From positions 26,226,001 through 26,290,000 of the forward strand of contig OZ004608.1 of assembly GCA_963924565.1 (NCBI GenBank): a stretch of DNA of 64,000 bases, written 5' to 3'. Under the pieces are notes generated by a model. It had not been told where the DNA came from. It searched no databases and saw nothing but the letters and a program-made list of their open reading frames with translations. Source of the DNA: Ascidiella aspersa (Eukaryota). The position numbers and the translations under genes were made by a program. This document shows positions 57,801-64,000 of this stretch, one piece after another (the first letter of the stretch is position 1; each line of letters starts with the position of its first letter).

Positions 57801-60799
57801 AAGGTTGCTTTTTTGGACATACATTTTGTCAATCTCTTTCAATGATTTCCACAGTTCCTCCATAGTTTCGCTGGATAATTCTTCACCCTATGTAATTAGA
57901 AATTTGTTTATAGATATGTTTCAAATGAAAAAAAGATAGTAAGCAGTGTTCCAATGACAATATAAAAGCACAGCATAACTATTGAAATTTGGTGCTTAAA
58001 TATGTTTTCTTTTTTAGAAAATAAACAGAAAAATAACCTGGGAAGCATTGTAAGTTTGCTAGCAGTTAGGTAATGGGTATCAAACAACATATTTTCCCAG
58101 TTTTTACCCTAAAATAATTAAATCCCGTTTACCTGTCTACTTGCTGGGTACTTCAAGGTAATATCTAAGTCAGGATTATACACACGAAGTGACTCTTGGC
58201 GGTAATGGTTGACCAGCTCAACTACAGATGTGAAACTGTAGGGGTCAGAAAAGCCATAACGTCCATTTCGATGACCAATCCGTATCAGTTTATTGGTCCC
58301 GCCTGTGTAAACAGTAACTTCCTATTAAAGGAACAATTTTCGTTGTCAGTGACTATGCAACAAAAACACGACTGACATTTACTAATATTGAGATTTATAA
58401 ATTATCCTAATGCCAGTTATGCAGAATTTGCTAAACTTTATGCAACTAGAACAACAAGTTGAAAGCACATTGCACATGGTAAAAAGTGCTACACATTTAA
58501 TAGCGGGGTAAACAATCAAGGCTGGCCTTACAAGAACTATGTTAGCGCATTAAAGTAGAAAGGCATATTAAATCATTTTTAAAAAACGATCAGGTAGTAC
58601 AGAAATTTGCAGACAGCATGTCATTATTTTTAAGGAGCGTTATTTTGTTTGGACGAATGCTGATTGTTAAGACACTTTCCCGACTGCCGAGTGTAAATGG
58701 TATTTAAATATCAACCATGTCCAGAATACTTTTTTTCAATATTAGGATTTACACATGTATACCAACATAGTGAAAAATAATTATACAGCACACAACACTA
58801 GCATAGTTCATAATTTATCTCCGAAAAGAGTAAAAAGCAGTATGTTAAACATAACAAGGAACCTTTTCTAAGAGTAAGTGTGTATTCATTGCGGCTGTTT
58901 GTGGAGTTTCGTACCAGAAAGGTGCCATCCACCTCATCACACAGACGTGAGTTGACTTCTTCCCGAGAAACTGTTCCCCAGTACCATTCCTGGTCCTAAA
59001 AAAAAAATAAGATTCAACCTCGATTGGGTATGAAATTTTTAATTAATTTATCATACAATTTCTATGTAATATAAGGATTATTCCCCCATTAGTTTCACAG
59101 ATTTGTTAAACAAGGCTTCAAATTATATGCAAGGTGATGGTTGTACCAAATACATAGTTGTTAATATATTGTTTTAGTTTACCCTATATATAACATCAGG
59201 TAGCGAACAATAGCCTAAAATATTTTTTAAAGATATTTCTTTCCATAAGTAAAACTGGAAATGTCACTTATTCTTCATACAAATACCTGCAGGCTTTGTG
59301 TATTGTTTACAGAGTGAATTGGTGATATGCGCTGTATGGAAGTTTGCGGTCCAGTCAATTTGACTGGAATGTAGTTCGTTAAACCACCAGCACCAGGCCT
59401 GCAAAAAAGCAAAATTAAAAAATTGCTATTCTAATATTAACAAAACAACAAATTTTTATGCATTTATAATACATTCCTTTTTTATACAAAAGTTAAACAA
59501 ATCCAGCATAGGAATAATGAGCAGACTAAACTTGCAGTCAATATGTATCAAAACTATATTTTTTAAACAAAATTAATAAATTTAAAAAAACAAGCAAGAA
59601 ACCGTGGAGGGATTGGAGGGGCATCTTCTTTGTCACTCTCCTTGTCGCTGTCTTTTTCTTCGTAAACAGGAGGAAGGCCAACTTGTCGCTGTGGAGGGGG
59701 GACACGTGTTGTGACGTATTCCACAAACTCGGCTGGGACATAACCGGTCTCATTGGTTCGCATGTTAGTCCCGTATAACCAGCCTTCTGGCCTTTGCTCT
59801 GAACCCTGGCCAATAAAAATCAGGTCTGTTACAAAGGGGCAGGAGCCGCAGAACAAATATGCCTTGCTGTGCAAGTAAACACTCTCCAATACAACAATTG
59901 GTCAGCATGCTATTAAAAAATAATTTTAGGTTATTATCGCACCCATTATTAAACTAGTTTCAGTTTAATCTTTAGTTGTTCATGCTTGAAAAATGTTCTT
60001 TGGATTTACAATTTAAAAGGATTAGTTCTAATATAGGTAAACTTTAAATCCATATATTTGATATGAATTCATTATATTTAGTTTTGTAGTACAACAACAA
60101 CAAAAACAGCAAAATTATACAAAATTTTGTTATGTTCAACAGAATATAAAACAAATCTACCAGCAAAAATGTTGCAATTGCTCTAATAAACCTTTTCATC
60201 ACATAAAATGTATTGGTCATTTCATTTTTCAAATTTTTAAGTATATAAAGCTAAGCTTTACCACATATACTTACCGAGAATTGGAAGACAAAGGGTTTCT
60301 TCACAAATATTATATCTCTAACTTGACATCCAATACACCTTTCATGGTCCTGGGGTTCATAGTTTGCTATCATGCGGTATTCAATACCTGAAAAAGGATA
60401 TGATAAAGGATCTTTGTGAGGATATAATGAAGGATCTTTGTATATTTTAATACTCTAATTACAATAAAATTTGCAAAGCAATTAATCATGAATAGAATAT
60501 TTAAGCAGCAAAACTGAATCACAAGTAATCTCAATTCAGCGATGTTTTTTTTTTCAACAACACACTATTAAGTTTAAAAAAATAAACTTTGTTACTGCAT
60601 TTCAGTTTATTGGCTTGTCAAAGATTGATATCAGGCCTAATTGTAAATTGACTTCTTTAATGGTAGCTTGCATGTATTTCATATCAAATGATGTTTAACA
60701 TACTACTACCAAAATCATTGATTTAAAGAACATAAAACTACTAAACCTATTTTACACATTTTTTAACATACCAGACATGTTTTGCTGATGAGGATACAT
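54815..60799 (-). CDS. PIK3R1: Class IA PI3-kinase regulatory subunit (p85/p55 family): SH3-proline rich-nSH2-iSH2-cSH2; 12 exons, ~545 aa
   Basis: Exons 60799-60772 (MYPHQQNMS, context CACCACCATG; alternative ATG 60778), 60387-60275, 59805-59603, 59398-59287, 58995-58863, 58302-58133, 57887-57762, 57357-57236, 56685-56509, 55620-55453, 55230-55135, 55004-54815 (1638 nt, in phase). Motifs: SH3 GWLYG.N..T.E.GYVP..FVEY; nSH2 EWYWG.VSREEVN..L...[21 protein letters not shown]; cSH2 DGTFLIR..HCLI..GFGFAEP.NL. Probably co-orthologous to PIK3R1/2/3. Confidence 0.93.
55899..56478 (-). mobile_element. Composite tRNA-derived SINE-like element: two direct partial copies (344-bp offset) plus an inverted copy
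   Basis: 55901-56033 is repeated at 56245-56377. 56183-56283 is the reverse complement of 56378-56478 (101 bp, 1 mismatch). tRNA-like head at 56083-56013 and a TG-rich tail. A related copy lies at 28469-28612. Confidence 0.8.
56013..56083 (-). pseudogene. tRNA-like sequence (SINE head or tRNA pseudogene) with defective anticodon arm
   Basis: GCCTGCA TA GCTC AGTTGGTA GAGC G ACGCGGCTTGACCGG AGGTC GTGAG TTCGAAC CTCAC TGCAGGC C. The acceptor, D and T stems are perfect and the Pol III A and B boxes are intact, but the anticodon arm is 15 nt instead of 17 and pairs poorly. Confidence 0.75.
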
Positions 60800-62522
60800 G
60801 GTGGTGAAATTCTTCAAGTACTTCTCACCAAATTATTCTATTTTTTTACATTTTAAGTATTATGATAAACTGCTGCAAAATTATAACAATAGTATGTTGT
60901 TATATTAATAACTAGTAATAATACAGTAATATTCAAGGATAACATCTTAAATTGTAAACATGCCCTATAAGAAAGACATTCAAATTGTATTTTTACCTAT
61001 TGATTCTAAATTGTTGGTGTATTTTAACAAAGTTAAGGTATTCACTATAAAATTAATACTCTTACTGATGCACAACCAAACATATAAAGGTGACCGGGTT
61101 TAAAAAGGTCAATATTAAAAATAGGGGTGCATATGCAATTTGTTGGGGTGCAGGTTTGGTCTGTTAAAAATGGGTGCAATTATCATACTTTAAACAGAAG
61201 GAGGTGAACAATTAAGGTAGTATGTACACAGGAGGTTCAGTATGCTTCTATGGTAGGTGCACACCAGAGATTTTTCACCTTCATTAAAATTTTCTAAAAA
61301 GGTTGAGTTGTCATAGTATTTCAAGCTTGAGGTGTTGAAAACCATGATTGCACAACTGCAAACCTGAAAATTTGGCGCTGCACACGCGAGATTACGGTGA
61401 TAATCGCCATGCAACGCAGACTGACAGGCCAGTCTGAAAAGTATAACAGATCTTGACGAGATCTCGCGACCCGCAGGTGCACAACCTAAAAAGACTGGGT
61501 CCAACCAAGATAAAAAATGCACCTCGGTGCACTTTATGATTTTCTGGTGCACTCTGTATTGCATACATTGTATTGTAAACGTATGGCGCACAACTGATTT
61601 ACTTATTTGGGATGCAGTTCAAATTTTTTCGGGGAGCACCTTCAACTGATTGAAAAAAACTTGCTTGTGCACTTGTCACACTTTCCACAGTGGTTGACAG
61701 GTGGTTAGAAATCGTACCACAAACAACCTTTTTCCAATTTTTTTCATAGATGTGCAACTTACTAATTAAAGTGTGCAAACAGATGGTTTCAATAAAATGT
61801 CATGTGTGCACCTGCCTTACAGTAATATATTACGGACGTTAACATGTACAATCCCAATTCGGTCCAACAATTTCCCGAGTACTCCAATAAATTAGACTAA
61901 TTTTTATCTACACATTCCCAAACGTCTCCAAAAATGTACACCACAAAGAATCTTTAATAAAATAGCAGCATACTACACAAACAACTTGCTATAATTAAAA
62001 GTTGGCGGCTAAACAAGCGCAGTCATTTCGCACCTTATCAGCTATCGTCTCACTAAAAAAAAATAGTTCCTTTGACAACTTTGAATAGAATAGCGTATGA
62101 AATAATTTTATACAAGTGGGAGATTTACCTAAAGCTACAAACAACTTTAAAACAATTAACAGTTAAGTTAACGGTACGTATTTTAGTAAAAATGTTGTTT
62201 CCTGCAGCAATGCCAAATCCAATCAAGCACGTCGAATATGTGAAATTATGCGACGTTTTTTGCCTATCTTATTACACTGAAAGTCCTATCGCACAAATTC
62301 ACGACTTTGTGTGCGCGTTAGGCTGGTTGGAGACTAGATGTTTTTATTTTGCAACTTCCTTATTGGCATCTGGCGTATTGTGATACTTTGGCAAATGAGA
62401 CACCAAAATGTGTTACTATGTTTGCTTTATGGTGTAATTTTATCAAAGTTAAAATGGTTACTTACTCAATATCTTACGTTATTGAGTAGCGTAATGCTGC
62501 AACAACATTTAATATGAAGGAC

Positions 62523-62990
62523 TTAAAGACGATAAAAAATAAAGCCAACTTTTTAAAAGGGGACGAGACGTTGTTTTGCACAATCTGCGTAAAAATGTGC
62601 AAAAAAATGTGCGCACATTTCAAAATGTCGTCCGCACTTTGTTTGAAGGAAGAGTTTGTGCAATATGTGGAGAAATAGTCGAAAGAAGTGTTGGAGGGAG
62701 AGTTCGACAAAATGTCGGACGAAGAGTTGGAGGAAGAGTTGAAGGAAGAGTTTGAGGACGAGTTAAGGAAGCACGTCGAGAAGGGCAGATGAGTAGAGTT
62801 AGAAGACAAGAGTTAGAGGAGAAGAGTTATAGAAGAAGATTAGAATAAGAATATTTAAAGAACAAGAGGTGTATAAGTAGAGTTAGTGGACAAGATTTAG
62901 GTAAAGGAAGAAGAAAGCATTTAAAAAATGCAAATTTTCGCGGGCACTTTTTTGCGCACATTGAGCGAAAAACCCTTCCCCGGTCTTTAA
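62523..62990. mobile_element. Possible TTAA-flanked (Kolobok/piggyBac-like) non-autonomous element with an internal purine-rich ~12-bp GAAGAGTT minisatellite
   Basis: Ends TTAAAGAC ... GTCTTTAA. Subterminal TTTTGCACAATCTGCGTAAAAATGTGC resembles the reverse complement of GCACTTTTTTGCGCACATTGAGCGAAA. GAAGAGTT-type repeats span ~62640-62900. Confidence 0.4.
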
Positions 62991-64000
62991 CTTTTTGTTT
63001 AACTTTCTCTCAGACAGATAAAATAACTCTCTTTCAGCATGTTGAACCACGCAAAAATTAGTCAGAGCTAGTAAAATATTGCGTTTATTGCAGTGGTTTT
63101 AGCAGCAAGCAATTTTTACGGACTTTTCCTACGTTGGACGCCGTTTGGTACCGGGATTACGTGTTTCGTAGAATATTCTAATACGGGGCTAGCGTATACT
63201 AGGGCATGTTAAAACGATGCAATATTGGTGAAGAGCCAACACAACATGATGAATTTTTACATTTTGTTTAATCACGCAAAATTCAGTTAGATTTCGCATT
63301 TTATCGACGTTATTGCAGTGGTAGATAGTCCTTCAACAGTTAGAATTAAACCGTTGAAACAGGGTATCCTATTCAATATTCTTGGTCGGCGACAGGAGTT
63401 TTGTCTAGTTCGAGTTGCTAATAAAACAACACGCCAAACCAAAACAGAAGCTGTTAGAGTCTTTCAGCTTTTTGATATATAGGCCTACGTGGCAGTAGGC
63501 CTACAGGCTCACTGCAATTACTTAACTTAGGTTTGGTTAAATATTTTTATTGAAGTTTCTAATTTATTCAATTACTATAATTTGAGTTTAACTTGATATG
63601 TTAATATACATATTTAAGATTGCCAAGCAATACGAGGAGTTGTGATTCTCTTTAACCTTATAATGAGCTGAATTACAGCAATCTTGTGGTCTATTTGACG
63701 TCCTTGAGCATAAATTGACGTTAAATTTTGAAACATAATAGTTGTTAATTTTATCCTTCGATTCCTTCTTCTATTGTAGCCTATCTGGGTTTACGTATTA
63801 AAATTGTGTCTTGGTAGCGAGGAAAGTTAGCGCAGTTTGTTTTATGCTGAAGCAAATAAGTTTCAGGGGAAGAATGACTAAATACTTCAATTTGCAGTTC
63901 GATGAAGTTTAATCCAAATATATTTAGCTCTTAAAAAAACGGTAGAGCAATATCGTTATGGCATTCTTAAAGTTGCTTATTTCGGCACATTGTTCGAACA

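Noticed and set aside
59806-59889. N-terminal part of ORF 59563..59889 and the acceptor at 59826
   Set aside because: Phase mismatch with the upstream SH3 exon; the acceptor at 59806 gives [14 protein letters not shown], matching the p85 SH3.
61190-62809. ORFs 61190..61591, 62072..62383 and 62474..62809 as genes
   Set aside because: No recognisable motifs or consistent splice structure; two of them overlap repeat-like sequence.

Overview
This is eukaryotic animal DNA: AT-rich, with short GT-AG introns and many small non-autonomous transposons. The compact, intron-rich style suggests an invertebrate chordate such as an ascidian, but that is inference only. I assembled six multi-exon protein-coding genes by hand, and all junctions are phase-consistent: (1) an unrecognised ~780-aa Ser-rich orphan gene (-, 633..~5880); (2) a 22-exon ZSWIM4/5/6-family gene (+, 10386..33254); (3) a 9-exon EP4-like prostanoid receptor (-, 34705..40249); (4) MON1 (-, 42775..46406), head-to-head with (5) NAGLU (+, 47095..52606); (6) a class IA PI3K regulatory subunit (-, 54815..60799). 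The most notable observations are: the receptor has Trp in place of the conserved TM7 carboxylate-binding Arg and carries a signal-peptide-like N-terminus; the PI3K adaptor has an SH3 but no BH domain; two duplicated 12-nt candidate micro-exons encode the same AKET as the start of the ZSWIM last exon; a tRNA-headed SINE-like family includes a 101-bp hairpin copy; and the ZSWIM/prostanoid receptor/PIK3R linkage mirrors the human chr1/5/19 paralogon. There are no prokaryotic features, CRISPR arrays or rRNA. All gene models are unverified by transcript data.
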